Origin: Schizochytrium sp. TIO01 | Taxonomy: Eukaryota > Protista > Bigyra: Labyrinthulomycetes | Assembly (NCBI GenBank): GCA_004764695.1 | Contig: SMSO01000032.1 | Span: 5,302,483 to 5,366,482, forward strand | Direction of reading: 5' to 3' | DNA length: 64,000 bases | Shown here: positions 18,971 to 29,752 of the stretch, piece after piece | Numbering within the stretch: position 1 is the first letter of the stretch | Layout of the letters: every line of letters starts with the position of its first letter | Position numbers and translations under genes: made by a program | The notes under the pieces: model-generated | Seen by the model: only the letters and a program-made list of their open reading frames with translations | The model's database searches: none | Told to the model about the DNA's origin: nothing

Positions 18971-20501
18971 TGTGTTGGAGATACACGATCAAAAAAGACC
19001 CCAACCCTTCGCTTGAAGTATCTTGTTGATTTATCGTGATGTTTTCTCTGTGTTTTTCATTTAACCTAAGTATCACTTGGTGATGCTTGTAGAAGTGGAA
19101 CCAAATATCACGTTACTGACTGAAGTTCTATATTTCCCTAGTCAGAGACTCAGGCACAAACTACGTTTTTGACAACTTTGCGTTTTGGTTTTGCTCGATT
19201 CTTTCCTCGGTCCTCTCCAAACCTTGCTGCGGTAAAGATTGTGCAAACCAGCTATAAGCGACTATTACTACCACCTCCTCTCGTTGTTTTCGTTGTGTCT
19301 TCGTGAGAGTCGCTGGCCAAGATCTTTAACGCACTCTTGGTTCCGAAGAGCTCTTCGTTCCTAGCTACTGTATTGATACAGTCTCTAACACAACAGACAA
19401 GTTCTCAGCGAAGCAGGGCAATGTAGTCGACGGCAAGTTAGAAGGTCGCAAAGGGTTTTGCCCAAATGTCTCTAGCGATAAACGGTGCAGAAACAAGGAT
19501 CGCGTCGCTGGGATCTTAGTTCTGAGTTATTTTTTTATGAACAAAAAATATAAACAAGCGTATGATGACTCTGGCGACTATTAGATTTAGCTCTAGCTAT
19601 GCTATACTACCATGGAAAGTCACTTCTAGGAACCCACACAACACTCATAGGAAAAGGGCCACTTTCGAGAACCCAAATGTCTCCGAGTAGTCGCTCTCAC
19701 TTGGAGTTCGCCAAGGTACTTGCTTGCACACAACTTGTCAATGAACATCAATAGAAATATTGAAGTTGTGACTCTGCCTGATTGGTGTTATAAAACAGCC
19801 CTATGACAGCAACCGCATCCTTGGCTTCTAATTTATACCGTCTCATTCATCACAGCACTGCCCTGCAAATGCTACTTCTGCTAATACGTGCTCAACGCAG
19901 GGGGCGTTCTATTGAATACATGTTGAGTAAAGACCACGGTACTTTTGCTCATCAGGTCGAGTAGAATAAAACCATGGCACGCCTCTATTCATCGAAGTCC
20001 GTTCAACATATCTATCAAATGCCATTCTGACACGCCAGTAGAAGAAATGCTTTACTGAGACGGTATTCTACATTCTCCGCATTCATTCACTTTCCAAATT
20101 AAAAAGACACCGCTAGAATCCTCTAGAATGCACAAACTCCTTTATCTTGTCCCAAGAGTCATATGTTTCTGCCCTTCGCACTTCATACCCAAATCCCATC
20201 ATGAAACCTGTGGATTTGTTTTGGCTTTCTAACCCTGCTGCACCAGCATCGGCTCATCATGACACATGCAAATGAGTTATACGCCCTTTAATACTAGACT
20301 ATTTATTGATTTACAGTATACTGCGATAAGTGATACTGTAGACAATCCGCCTATAAGTCAGTTTCTGATTTCCTCCACGTCGACTGTGCCGTCTCAATCT
20401 TGGAGAAATCAAGCCAAACTAAAACCTAGATCAGATCAGGCAGCTAGCTCTTGAGCTGGCCAGCGCAGGTCTTGTACGTGGCAAACTTTGCTGCGTCAAC
20501 A

Positions 20502-23030
20502 ATGTCGGAACCTGTCCAAAGCCATGATGGCGGCTCTGGCAGCTCCGGCGGCGGCGGCGGCGACTTCCTAGCATCTGCAGTGGGCAGGCTGGGTTTAGGC
20601 GATCTCAACGCAGAGCCGCGTCGTCTGCAAGCCTCCATCGACGCTCTTGACAGCGAGCTCAAATCCCTGTCAGTGCAGCACTACGGCGTCCACCTTCAAA
20701 GTGCCAAAGGTGTGGCAGCCGCATCTCGCGGGTGTAAGCTTGCTGCAGAAAATGCCAGCAAGATTCAAGCGCAGCTTGCCGGGCTATCATCTTCCCTGGA
20801 ACGGTTCAAGGGGCTTGGCCGGTGCGTAGCAGATGCGCACGCAAGGAATCGGCAGACGTTAGAAAAACATGTGCAGCTCATGGAGCTTCTGCAGATTCCG
20901 CAGCTCATGGATACGTGCTCTCGGAACAACCTTTTTGACGAGGCGCTCGATCTCGCCAGCTTTGCAAGCACTTTGCAGAGACGCCACAGAGCTCTCGCGG
21001 CTACTGCAGGCATTGAAGAAGAGAAGAGCGAATATAATCAGATTCAAAATGGTACTAGTCTGGAGTTTGAGATGAAGATGCGGACGGGTACGGATAAAGT
21101 TGAAGATGTGGAGAAGCTGAAGTTTATGGGATACTCTGGGCAAAGTACAACAGGGCAGCCGGCAAAGGAACAGGAAATGAAGAGCAAAGGAGGAACAGCA
21201 ATTATTGATATGATTGCTGGAGATGTAAACCGGTCAGCATCGCACATGAGGAAGCAAATGCTGCAACAGCTACGGCAACAGATTAACTTGCCAACGTGTT
21301 TACGTATCATTAGTCTGCTTAAGCGACTTGATGCACAAGAGCGCGTCCGACGCGCAGCAACGTCGCCTGGGGGAGCTGCAGCAAGCGAAGCCTCTGCACA
21401 TGCTGATGAAATCCACCTTCGTTTTGAGTTCTTGGACTGTAGGGATGCGTACATTAAGTCGCTGGCTGCAGAGGATGCAGGATCGTATGTCACACGGCCT
21501 TATCTGAGTTCGCTCAAGCTTATTGAGCGGTGCAGAGTAAACTGGTTCGATGTAATCACTCAATACAAGGCTATCTTTGCATCAGGAGACAATATCTTAC
21601 AAGAGCTTGAGGAAGATGGCGGTATTCTCGCTCGGTGGGTCTCGGGAAAGATGACAGACTTCCTTTTGGTCCTCGAAGGTGCCATTGGTAATATTGACGA
21701 ATTTAGCTCCCTAGCAAACGTTTTGGAACAAGCTATGAAATTTGGTCTCAGTCTTGCACGTGTAGGCGCTGACTTTAGACCGCTTCTTATGGAGCCTTTT
21801 AAACGCCGTATCTTTGACCTCATGATTAATTACTGGCAACAAGCCATTGAACGTGCTGTACCATTACTTGAATCAGGGGACTGGGGCAGCCCTCTGCCGC
21901 TTCCTCGCGCCTCTGCTATGAAGACCTCTGACCTTGCTAACAGTAAGAATCATGCTGATCAAGATGGCAAGGCTGCTGCTGAAGAAGATGGTACAGTAGA
22001 GGACGAGGCAAATGGTGATCAGGAATCAACTTCACTATTACCTCCTCATGAATTGCTTGAGTTTCCCGTTATCGCCGAGGCTACCAACATTCTCCTCACT
22101 TCTTTCAATGAGCTTCGCCAATGTGCAACTCCGATTGTGGCCTTAGACCTTGGTCAAGTTCTGGCATCTCAGCTCGAAAAGCTTGTAGAAGCAGTGCAAC
22201 ACTTCCGCGACAACAACGAAAAAAATCTCGAGAAGAATTCTGAATTGTGCGAGCGGTACAACCGTTTGTGTGAGGTTCTTGGTCACGTGTTCTTAATGCA
22301 TATTCAACGTTGTTTCGATGCAGTTTTTCACCGCGCCAAACTCACTCGTGCGGTGCGTTCGTTTATTCCAGTTACTGAGACACGGGATGCCATTATCTCT
22401 CTAAAGACTGTGCAACAGGAGGACTCTCTTTCCCGGTCCTCCGCCGCCGCGGCTCCTAAACCTCCTCCCTCGTTCTACGCCGATGCAGCTCGTGATTCCA
22501 TAGAGATGGTACAAGAGGCAGCTGGGGAAGATGATCTTTCACCTTCCAGCGCTGACAATGATGAAGAAGCTGATAAATCTGAGCTCCCAACCATGCAAGA
22601 ACAACAAACTTCGCCGGAGTCTCTAATTGCCCGTGATAGTGTAGTTTCTGATAATAAAAACGGCATGGTTGACGAAGATCAAGATGGCGAGGACAGCAAC
22701 ATTGACGGTGAAGAACACGCTGAGATCGAAGCGGAGGAGGAAGGAGACGATGATGCTGGTAGTGTGAAAAACGAAGAAGAAGAAGAAGATGATGAAGATG
22801 AAGATGAAGATGAAGACGAAAATAATGATGAAGAAGATGAAGAAGAAGAAGAAGATGAAGAAGAAGAAGATGAAGAAGAAGAAGATGAAGAAGAAGAAGA
22901 AGAAGAAGAAGAAGATGAAGAAGAAGATGATGATGATGATGATGAAGATGACGAGGAGGATGACGAGGAGGAAGAAGACGAGGACAAAGAAGGAAATGAC
23001 AATGACGATGACGATGAACTTTCCTCATAA
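20502..23030 (+). CDS. COG8: Conserved oligomeric Golgi complex subunit 8 (Dor1 family) with an acidic C-terminal extension
   Basis: L.AEP.RL, LMELLQIPQLMDTCSRNNLFDEALDL, LPTCLRIISLLKR, FDVITQYKAIF, FGLSLARVGADFR, PPHELLEFP...NILLTSFNELR. First ATG at 20502. Confidence 0.93.
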   Translation: MSEPVQSHDGGSGSSGGGGGDFLASAVGRLGLGDLNAEPRRLQASIDALDSELKSLSVQHYGVHLQSAKGVAAASRGCKLAAENASKIQAQLAGLSSSLERFKGLGRCVADAHARNRQTLEKHVQLMELLQIPQLMDTCSRNNLFDEALDLASFASTLQRRHRALAATAGIEEEKSEYNQIQNGTSLEFEMKMRTGTDKVEDVEKLKFMGYSGQSTTGQPAKEQEMKSKGGTAIIDMIAGDVNRSASHMRKQMLQQLRQQINLPTCLRIISLLKRLDAQERVRRAATSPGGAAASEASAHADEIHLRFEFLDCRDAYIKSLAAEDAGSYVTRPYLSSLKLIERCRVNWFDVITQYKAIFASGDNILQELEEDGGILARWVSGKMTDFLLVLEGAIGNIDEFSSLANVLEQAMKFGLSLARVGADFRPLLMEPFKRRIFDLMINYWQQAIERAVPLLESGDWGSPLPLPRASAMKTSDLANSKNHADQDGKAAAEEDGTVEDEANGDQESTSLLPPHELLEFPVIAEATNILLTSFNELRQCATPIVALDLGQVLASQLEKLVEAVQHFRDNNEKNLEKNSELCERYNRLCEVLGHVFLMHIQRCFDAVFHRAKLTRAVRSFIPVTETRDAIISLKTVQQEDSLSRSSAAAAPKPPPSFYADAARDSIEMVQEAAGEDDLSPSSADNDEEADKSELPTMQEQQTSPESLIARDSVVSDNKNGMVDEDQDGEDSNIDGEEHAEIEAEEEGDDDAGSVKNEEEEEDDEDEDEDEDENNDEEDEEEEEDEEEEDEEEEDEEEEEEEEEDEEEDDDDDDEDDEEDDEEEEDEDKEGNDNDDDDELSS
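22773..23018 (+). repeat. Coding GAA/GAT trinucleotide tract (poly-Glu/Asp) in COG8
   Basis: About 82 codons, almost all Glu or Asp, with long uninterrupted (GAA)n and (GAT)n runs. Confidence 0.95.
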
Positions 23031-23611
23031 CTTGAATAGTGAAAACCATTTTAACACCTATAATATGAAGCAGAGCAAGAGAATAGTACTTATGAAAGCA
23101 TAGGGTTCGCAAACGCCCGTTGCTGATATGTGGTTTGTCAAAATACCGAATGAACTTAATTCATCGAATTTCAGTGCTTAGATGCCGTTCGGTGACAAGC
23201 TTCTTGAAGGCAACGCATGACTTATCGAAACTGGCTAGTTCACGCACATATACATTTACAAAACTGCATATCTATTCATATAAACTGTAATGAATTTGAG
23301 TTGCATTTTCGTTATCCTTAATTTTTTTAAAAAGGCATCATAAAGCATCTTGTGGTTTGTCGCAAGAGAGATGTAACAATCGCGCAACCTGTTCATTGGT
23401 TGTACCTTTTGTGAAAATGTAGAATTATGCAAGTGAAAAGGCAGACATGAGGGTGAATCGAGACCAAATACCTCACACTATAATTAAAATTTAGAGCAAC
23501 GAAGTGTATTACTGAATTATCTGCTGAGATTATGTGGTTATTTGGTTCCTTCTCACATCGATTCTAAATCTCCAGTCCTGACGGTGCCACGATAGCACGC
23601 GAAAATATGAC

Positions 23612-26600
23612 TTACTTGTCACTTGTGATGGCCTTTTGGAAGGATGTATACAGTTGGGGAATGTCAATTTCTGAGCAAGATTCATGCAGAGAACTTAGGT
23701 CGCACATATACCGCATCGTTGGACGGCCATGCGGACAATTCCATGGTTGTTTAAGTTGGGGCATGTTACGTAAAACCTTAAACATCCTTGCCCGATCTAA
23801 GTCTCGACCAATCATAATAGCCTTGCGACATGCACGACTAGCAAACATCGCGCGTGTACGCGGCAATTGGGGCGGCACATACTTGAGTTGCTGGCGCATC
23901 TCAACAGGCGGAGGTGGGTTCTCGCGTAGAAGAGATGCTAGCTCGCGAACATCCTCGGGCCCAAATTCGGTTTTAAGACTGTGCGGGATACCAATGAGCC
24001 GCAGTTTTTGGGTTGTGCCATCTACCTCTCCAATAGTGTCGTCTGGTACCACGTCATTATCTGACGTGACCAAGGACATCAAAGATCTCTGCTCCACCTT
24101 GTCGTCTTCCTTTTTCCCAAGACTATCTTGGCTTTCCTCTGAAGCAAAACGGAATCCATTGTACTCAAAGATGTCTAAGTTATCCCGAACAACTTGAGCG
24201 TCAGTGGCGCTGAGCTCCACTGGAAAAGGACGCATCAGAGGTTGATGCTGGATCTTCGTCGTAATTTGTAGAGTCTCAAAAAGGTACTTCTCGTCGCATG
24301 CATGTTGATCGAAAATAAAGAGATCTTGATTGAAGCGCCCAATAATGAAACCCTTGTTGAACTGACCAATAACCTCCACTTTAGCAAAATCTTGCTTACC
24401 AAAGACTCGCTCAGAACTTGTAGCTGATGTAGACTCCTTTTTTACTTCAGAGTCTTGAGCTTCCGAATCAAGACTTGGAACTGCGAGCGTTGACGATGAA
24501 GTCCCGCCAATGCCTTCCTCTTCTTTACCCTGTGCAAAAGAGTCAATATCGTTGCTACTAGTAGTACTGTTATTCCCAACGCTGCTTGCCTTGGATTTGT
24601 CTTGCTTCAAATTCGAGTATCCGCGGATAAAAGGCTTAACACTACCTTCTTTGAAGAGCTCATCTGCAAGGCTGGCAAGTGAGCCTACTTGCATTGCTGT
24701 ATACTCGGTACGCACACGCTTCAAGTTAGGAAGTACAATTATATCGCCACTTTCTTCTGGCGTCTCAGACTCATCTGGATCTACTGATTTTGTACGCTGG
24801 CGATGGTCCTTTCTTCTATGCGCGGGAGCCTCCATATCGCTCTCATCACTTGCTTCGTCAGGGCTATCATCCCGGCGACGGGAACGTTTCCGATTACTCC
24901 GCATGTCACTCTCACCTCCGTAATGGGCACTAGCTAACTCGAGCTTTGTTTGACCAGGTTCGGCTGCTATGCGGCGATTGGGACGAGCCTTTGGAGGAGG
25001 CATTGAACGGTCCACCTCAGGCCCTACACCACCTAGGCGTGCAAAAGAGAATGGGTTGGATTTGTTTAAAGAACTTTGACGAGTCGGTCTTTTGTTGGCT
25101 TGTAGGACTTCTTCTTCTTCTTCTTCTTCTTCTTCCTCAACTTCGCTATCACCATTGGCTTTGGATTTGTCATCGTCATTTTCATCAATAACTTGTCCTT
25201 TCACAGATTTAGTAGGAGAAGATAGCTTCTGCGTCGGTTTAGGTACATCAACCATTTCCACGTCATCGTCCTCATCGCTTTGTTGTTGCTCGTCATTATT
25301 TGCGACGTTGATCTCTACACTCTTTAGCTCCTCCTTTTCGTTATTGTCCTTTTCCTCATCTTCCTCATCTTCATCTTCCACCATAGCAAGGATCCTGTCT
25401 ACCGAGGTTCTGATATTAGAAGCTTGGCTATTACCAAACAATTCTCGATCTAAAGTACTCAAAGATCCTGAGGAGCTATGGTTAGCAGAGCCCTCATGTT
25501 CAACGATAACATCTCTACCGCTGTTTGAGTCGTTAGAATTTGTCAAAGGGTTGCCTGCGTTGCTGCTTCTAGGAGGCTTTTGCAGTGGTGCTTTATTGAA
25601 ATCATTTGATTCCATCTGACTTGCAGAAATGAGTTCTTCATCGTCAATGTCGTTCGATGATTTTTCTGCAATAGCCTCTTCCTCTTCTTCACGGACAAGC
25701 TTCCTTTGTGAAGATCGTTCGTACTGAGATTCGGTTTCTAGAACAGATGCAGAAGAAGATATAACAGAAGACGGGCCAGTTTTGGATGCCCGTGGTGTCT
25801 CCCACATATCTGCAACCGTTTGGGATTGCGATATAATGTTTGCATCACGTTTCCATAAGTCTTCAAATAGGTTTTTAAGTTGCGCAAGCAATACTTCCTC
25901 ACCCACTAAGAATACTTCCCGTTTATCTGGTGTTACATTAATGTCATAGGAACCAGGTGGCACTTTCCAATTGAGGAAAATTGCTGGTTTATGCTTCATT
26001 TCATGCTGACGATAGACGCTATTGATAATTCGCGAGCCTTTCGGGAAATCAACTGGACGACCATTCACGAACCAAAACTGTCGGTCGCTACTGCCAAGCC
26101 CAATACCACCGCCTACTTTGGAGACATACCCCTCCAGCTTAATTTCTCCGGTAGATTGACAAGGATTATTTTCACCGTTGCTCCCTTCTTTATTGAAGTC
26201 ACTTACTTTGACATCGTCTTCAGTTTCTTCAGAGTACCCCCCTTGCATAAGGCTTTTGTTGGATCTAGACCGTAGAATATCGTCGGTGGACCGCATGCTG
26301 TTGTTGCGTAAACCATCTTCTGATTGCAGAACCATGTCGATGGGTTCTAAGCTTTTGGCAAGACTAGCTCCAAAAACGGTTTTGATGTTAGCCTGCATAC
26401 AATTGCCACCAGTAGTATGCAGTATAGTTTTTTTATTGGTGGCAGAAGTCATTTGCACACAAGAGATTCGCACTCCGCTACTGATTATGGCATATGCTTG
26501 AAGATTTAGAAGCATCTTCGAAAACTGAGTTTTGATTGTACGTTGAAACTCCCGACGACGCACCGGAAGGGTTGAAAAGAGATCAGAAATAGTTACTTGC

Positions 26601-27427
26601 GTTCCAACTGTGCGTTGTTGAGGTGTCTCATCTAGAATTGTGCCGTCTCTGCGGAACGTCGCTCGAATACCAGCGATATCATCTTCTGTGCGCGTAAAAA
26701 CCTCAATAGATCCCTCAGGACAAAGGTCGCATAGAGAGCTGAGCGCTTCGCCACGGAAACCGAAGGAATGTACAGCTGCAAGATCCTCAAAGGATGAAAT
26801 CTTAGAAGTCCAGTGTTTTTGCATCATTTTCTCTAAGTTTGATCTCGCCACACCCGAGCCATTATCTGCGACCGTGAACTTTTCCAAACCCTGCCTCCAT
26901 AATGTAACATGAATTCTGGTCGCACCAGCATCCAATGCATTTTCCACGAGCTCCTTAACCGCTGTCGAAAGCGAAGTCACGACCTGTCCGGAGCACATTC
27001 GGCGTACTACTGACGCCCCAAGTGAACTGATTTCGCCCTTTTCCGTAGGAGTCGGGTGATTCTCAGATTCATTGTCATCGATATCATCACCTGGAGCATC
27101 GCCATCACCATCTCCATCTTTGGCTTCAGTTTTTGTTGTCACAGAGAATCTATTGTTTGAAGGTTTCCCTCCCGAGACTTGCGAATTGGGCGGTGTTTCC
27201 GTGGTTCCGCGGTCCAATGCTAAATTCTTACTTGCCTTCAAAGCTTCCGCTTCGCCTTTGAGTTCGCCTGACGCTCCGGAGGTAGCTTGACTCGTGAGCT
27301 GTTGGTATTCTGTATCTCCACGACTTCCCAGAGAGATCCCGTTCGCGGAGTCGTTTTTCAAAGTAGATCCTCGTGGTGGTTGGGTTGGATGTGGATTGGC
27401 GATGCCACCAATATCATCTTCCGCCAT
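23612..27427 (-). CDS. PMS2: Mismatch repair endonuclease PMS2 (MutL-alpha subunit; yeast Pms1 orthologue)
   Basis: GHKL ATPase motifs SGQVV...AVKELVENALDAGA, DNGSG, TSKI, FGFRGEALSSL, plus DINVTPDKR. Endonuclease motifs GQFNKGFI, DQHACDEKYLFE, ASRACRKAIMIG, WNCPHGRPT. First ATG at 27427. Confidence 0.96.
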   Translation of the reverse strand: MAEDDIGGIANPHPTQPPRGSTLKNDSANGISLGSRGDTEYQQLTSQATSGASGELKGEAEALKASKNLALDRGTTETPPNSQVSGGKPSNNRFSVTTKTEAKDGDGDGDAPGDDIDDNESENHPTPTEKGEISSLGASVVRRMCSGQVVTSLSTAVKELVENALDAGATRIHVTLWRQGLEKFTVADNGSGVARSNLEKMMQKHWTSKISSFEDLAAVHSFGFRGEALSSLCDLCPEGSIEVFTRTEDDIAGIRATFRRDGTILDETPQQRTVGTQVTISDLFSTLPVRRREFQRTIKTQFSKMLLNLQAYAIISSGVRISCVQMTSATNKKTILHTTGGNCMQANIKTVFGASLAKSLEPIDMVLQSEDGLRNNSMRSTDDILRSRSNKSLMQGGYSEETEDDVKVSDFNKEGSNGENNPCQSTGEIKLEGYVSKVGGGIGLGSSDRQFWFVNGRPVDFPKGSRIINSVYRQHEMKHKPAIFLNWKVPPGSYDINVTPDKREVFLVGEEVLLAQLKNLFEDLWKRDANIISQSQTVADMWETPRASKTGPSSVISSSASVLETESQYERSSQRKLVREEEEEAIAEKSSNDIDDEELISASQMESNDFNKAPLQKPPRSSNAGNPLTNSNDSNSGRDVIVEHEGSANHSSSGSLSTLDRELFGNSQASNIRTSVDRILAMVEDEDEEDEEKDNNEKEELKSVEINVANNDEQQQSDEDDDVEMVDVPKPTQKLSSPTKSVKGQVIDENDDDKSKANGDSEVEEEEEEEEEEVLQANKRPTRQSSLNKSNPFSFARLGGVGPEVDRSMPPPKARPNRRIAAEPGQTKLELASAHYGGESDMRSNRKRSRRRDDSPDEASDESDMEAPAHRRKDHRQRTKSVDPDESETPEESGDIIVLPNLKRVRTEYTAMQVGSLASLADELFKEGSVKPFIRGYSNLKQDKSKASSVGNNSTTSSNDIDSFAQGKEEEGIGGTSSSTLAVPSLDSEAQDSEVKKESTSATSSERVFGKQDFAKVEVIGQFNKGFIIGRFNQDLFIFDQHACDEKYLFETLQITTKIQHQPLMRPFPVELSATDAQVVRDNLDIFEYNGFRFASEESQDSLGKKEDDKVEQRSLMSLVTSDNDVVPDDTIGEVDGTTQKLRLIGIPHSLKTEFGPEDVRELASLLRENPPPPVEMRQQLKYVPPQLPRTRAMFASRACRKAIMIGRDLDRARMFKVLRNMPQLKQPWNCPHGRPTMRYMCDLSSLHESCSEIDIPQLYTSFQKAITSDK

Positions 27428-28216
27428 GCTGGGCAACGAGTGAAGCAAAGGTGCAGTCACAATGTGAAAGTAGCTACAAGAGTATTTCCTTAGTACAATC
27501 GATTGGGGCCTCGCTCGCGCTCCACGATCGGAGCCCAATCTCGAGCCCTTTTGCGTGTTTCAGGTTTGCAAGAACGCTGAGAAAAAAGAAAAAATACATT
27601 GGAGAGAAAATGAAAGAAAACGAAAAATGCGTTTTAAATTTTTAATATTTTTTTTTAATGTTCGATTCCTCTATATGAAATAACAACTCGCTTGGACAGC
27701 TACCTACTACTAAGTATCATGAAGGAAAACTAGGCACTATGAGATAGGGAGCTTCAAACTTTCTGCTTTCCCCTCCATGCGATGATATATGTTGATAGAT
27801 GTCTGGCGTATTTGGGCCAAGTCAAGGCAGAATTTTCGCTTGAATGCTAGCTCGATATTGTATCCTAACCTAATTTTCCGGTACAATTGGAACTCAAGAC
27901 CGTTTAAAGGTTAGGCAAGTCCCTCTACTAGATTCTAGTTTAGCAACCTGATGTCTCAAGCAAGATGGCCATTCGTAATCCTCGCAGCCATACTAATGTA
28001 CAGAATATATCCATTCCTTTTATTTAAAACAAAAACAATCGACTAAACAGTTTGTAAACTATCAAGACCACCTAGTTGCAGGATGGGGCAAGATAACTTA
28101 CGGAGAGTAATAAAATAATTGAGCATTAACGAAGGGGTTGTAGACAAACCTGGCTTAGATCGAGAATGCATAATCTTCTTTCCCCTTCTTCTTGTGTATG
28201 TATTTTGTACCCAGTA

Positions 28217-29752
28217 TTACGGTTGCTGCGTTCTACGCTTTTTGGCAAGACCCAGCAGACCAAGAAGTAGGCCAAAGCCACATGTTGTAAGGTGTGCCAC
28301 AACACAAGAGAAAAAAATTGGCGTAGCTTGGGAAGGGCCGAGATTGAAGCTAAATGCAATCATGAGAAGAAATGAAACTGGCATGGGGGCCAGTGCTGCT
28401 GGGAGTGCAGCAGTGAAACAAGCATTTGATAGGAGGAGTGGGAGGACCTCCGTATCTTCAATGAATAGCGCTAGGCTATTCCCGAGAGCAGATCCAATAA
28501 AAATCATAGGAAAAATTGCACCACCAACAAAACCGGAGCCTTTGCTTACTCCAAAGGCTAAAGACTTGGCAAAGCCTGAGATGAGGAATGTTGTGGGATC
28601 AAGTTGTTCTGCCCAAGCCAACTTTACCATACCAGCAGTCTGAGTGCTACCGCTCCCTATGATGAGTGGTGCCCACACCATGAGACAGCCAATTAATGCC
28701 CCACCAACAACTGGAGAAATGATGGTGGCAACTCGCTCGTTCTTAATCACACGTTCCTGGAGTGCTAAAAATAGACGTTGACAAATTCCAGCGATTATTA
28801 TGTGCAGAAACGCCACCAGGCCAGCCACTGAGCCGATAAGTCCACCTTTGAGTGTATCTCCCGACTTGAATTGATATGTCAGCGACAAAGGATTTAATGG
28901 CAAATATGCATCATTCTTCAGTGCAAAAAATACACCGAAGGATGCAGAGGCTGCAAAGGTCATCATGACAACTGCTCGCATATAGTTATGATGCATCGTT
29001 TCCACGCGCCCGATCTCTGTCATTGTAGTAACAGAAATGATAGGACTTGGAAAGAGGCTTCCCATCGCACCAGCCATAGCATTGACAACATTTTGCTGTG
29101 ACATAGTCTTGTCTAGCCCTTGAAGTTCGGACCATGCCTGGGCAAGGCCTCCTCCTAGAGACCCCATGGCCGCCTCAGGACCAAGCGATACACCAGCAGA
29201 AAGTGACACTAGGGATATGAGCACTATTTTTGGTGCTTGAATTGGGTCCACATGTTGATCTTTAATTTCTGCAAAGAATCCACGCAAGTTCCGCGGGAAT
29301 TTGACAAGCACCTTGAGCATACCGACCAAAAGACCCATGGCAGACGTAAAGAGGACCCAAATCCACTCACCATGGCCAATCTGGACCATCGCAAGCGTAG
29401 AGGCCTCGGGGTGTACACGAGAGTCAGAAAATACCGCAACCTGAGCACGCTCGATACACTCAAGATACACATATGCAATAGCACCCATACAGGTTCCAAT
29501 CGCTACGCAAACAACGACATGTTTCCAAAACGAGATCTCCATAGCGTACGCAGGACCTGTTGGTAATTGGTCGCTGGCATTTGGATCTACGCTCAAGCAG
29601 TCATCAGCTCTGTCCTCTCCAAGAAGCGGAGTCGCGAACCCATCCACACTTGAGTCAGAACTATCGTCCAGGAAAGTGCTTTCCTGAACCGCAGCAACTC
29701 TGTGCTGCTGTTGTTCCTGTCCAGCATCACCCAGGCCCACGTATTCCCCCAT
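28217..29752 (-). CDS. ClC-family anion channel/transporter, bacterial YfeO/EriC-like, without CBS domains
   Basis: SAGVSLGPEAA (gating Glu motif), GFVGGAIFP, many TM helices, and an end straight after the membrane domain. First ATG at 29752. Confidence 0.88.
   Translation of the reverse strand: MGEYVGLGDAGQEQQQHRVAAVQESTFLDDSSDSSVDGFATPLLGEDRADDCLSVDPNASDQLPTGPAYAMEISFWKHVVVCVAIGTCMGAIAYVYLECIERAQVAVFSDSRVHPEASTLAMVQIGHGEWIWVLFTSAMGLLVGMLKVLVKFPRNLRGFFAEIKDQHVDPIQAPKIVLISLVSLSAGVSLGPEAAMGSLGGGLAQAWSELQGLDKTMSQQNVVNAMAGAMGSLFPSPIISVTTMTEIGRVETMHHNYMRAVVMMTFAASASFGVFFALKNDAYLPLNPLSLTYQFKSGDTLKGGLIGSVAGLVAFLHIIIAGICQRLFLALQERVIKNERVATIISPVVGGALIGCLMVWAPLIIGSGSTQTAGMVKLAWAEQLDPTTFLISGFAKSLAFGVSKGSGFVGGAIFPMIFIGSALGNSLALFIEDTEVLPLLLSNACFTAALPAALAPMPVSFLLMIAFSFNLGPSQATPIFFSCVVAHLTTCGFGLLLGLLGLAKKRRTQQP

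Noticed and set aside
19840-20265. TGATGA/CTGA motifs on the minus strand as a possible C/D snoRNA cluster
   Set aside because: Box spacing and terminal stems are unconvincing, and only a short possible rRNA complement is present. A snoscan or Infernal search would be needed.
22456-23112. Poly-His/Leu, poly-Ser and poly-Lys/Met ORFs
   Set aside because: They are alternative-frame and antisense shadows of the COG8 GAA/GAT tract.
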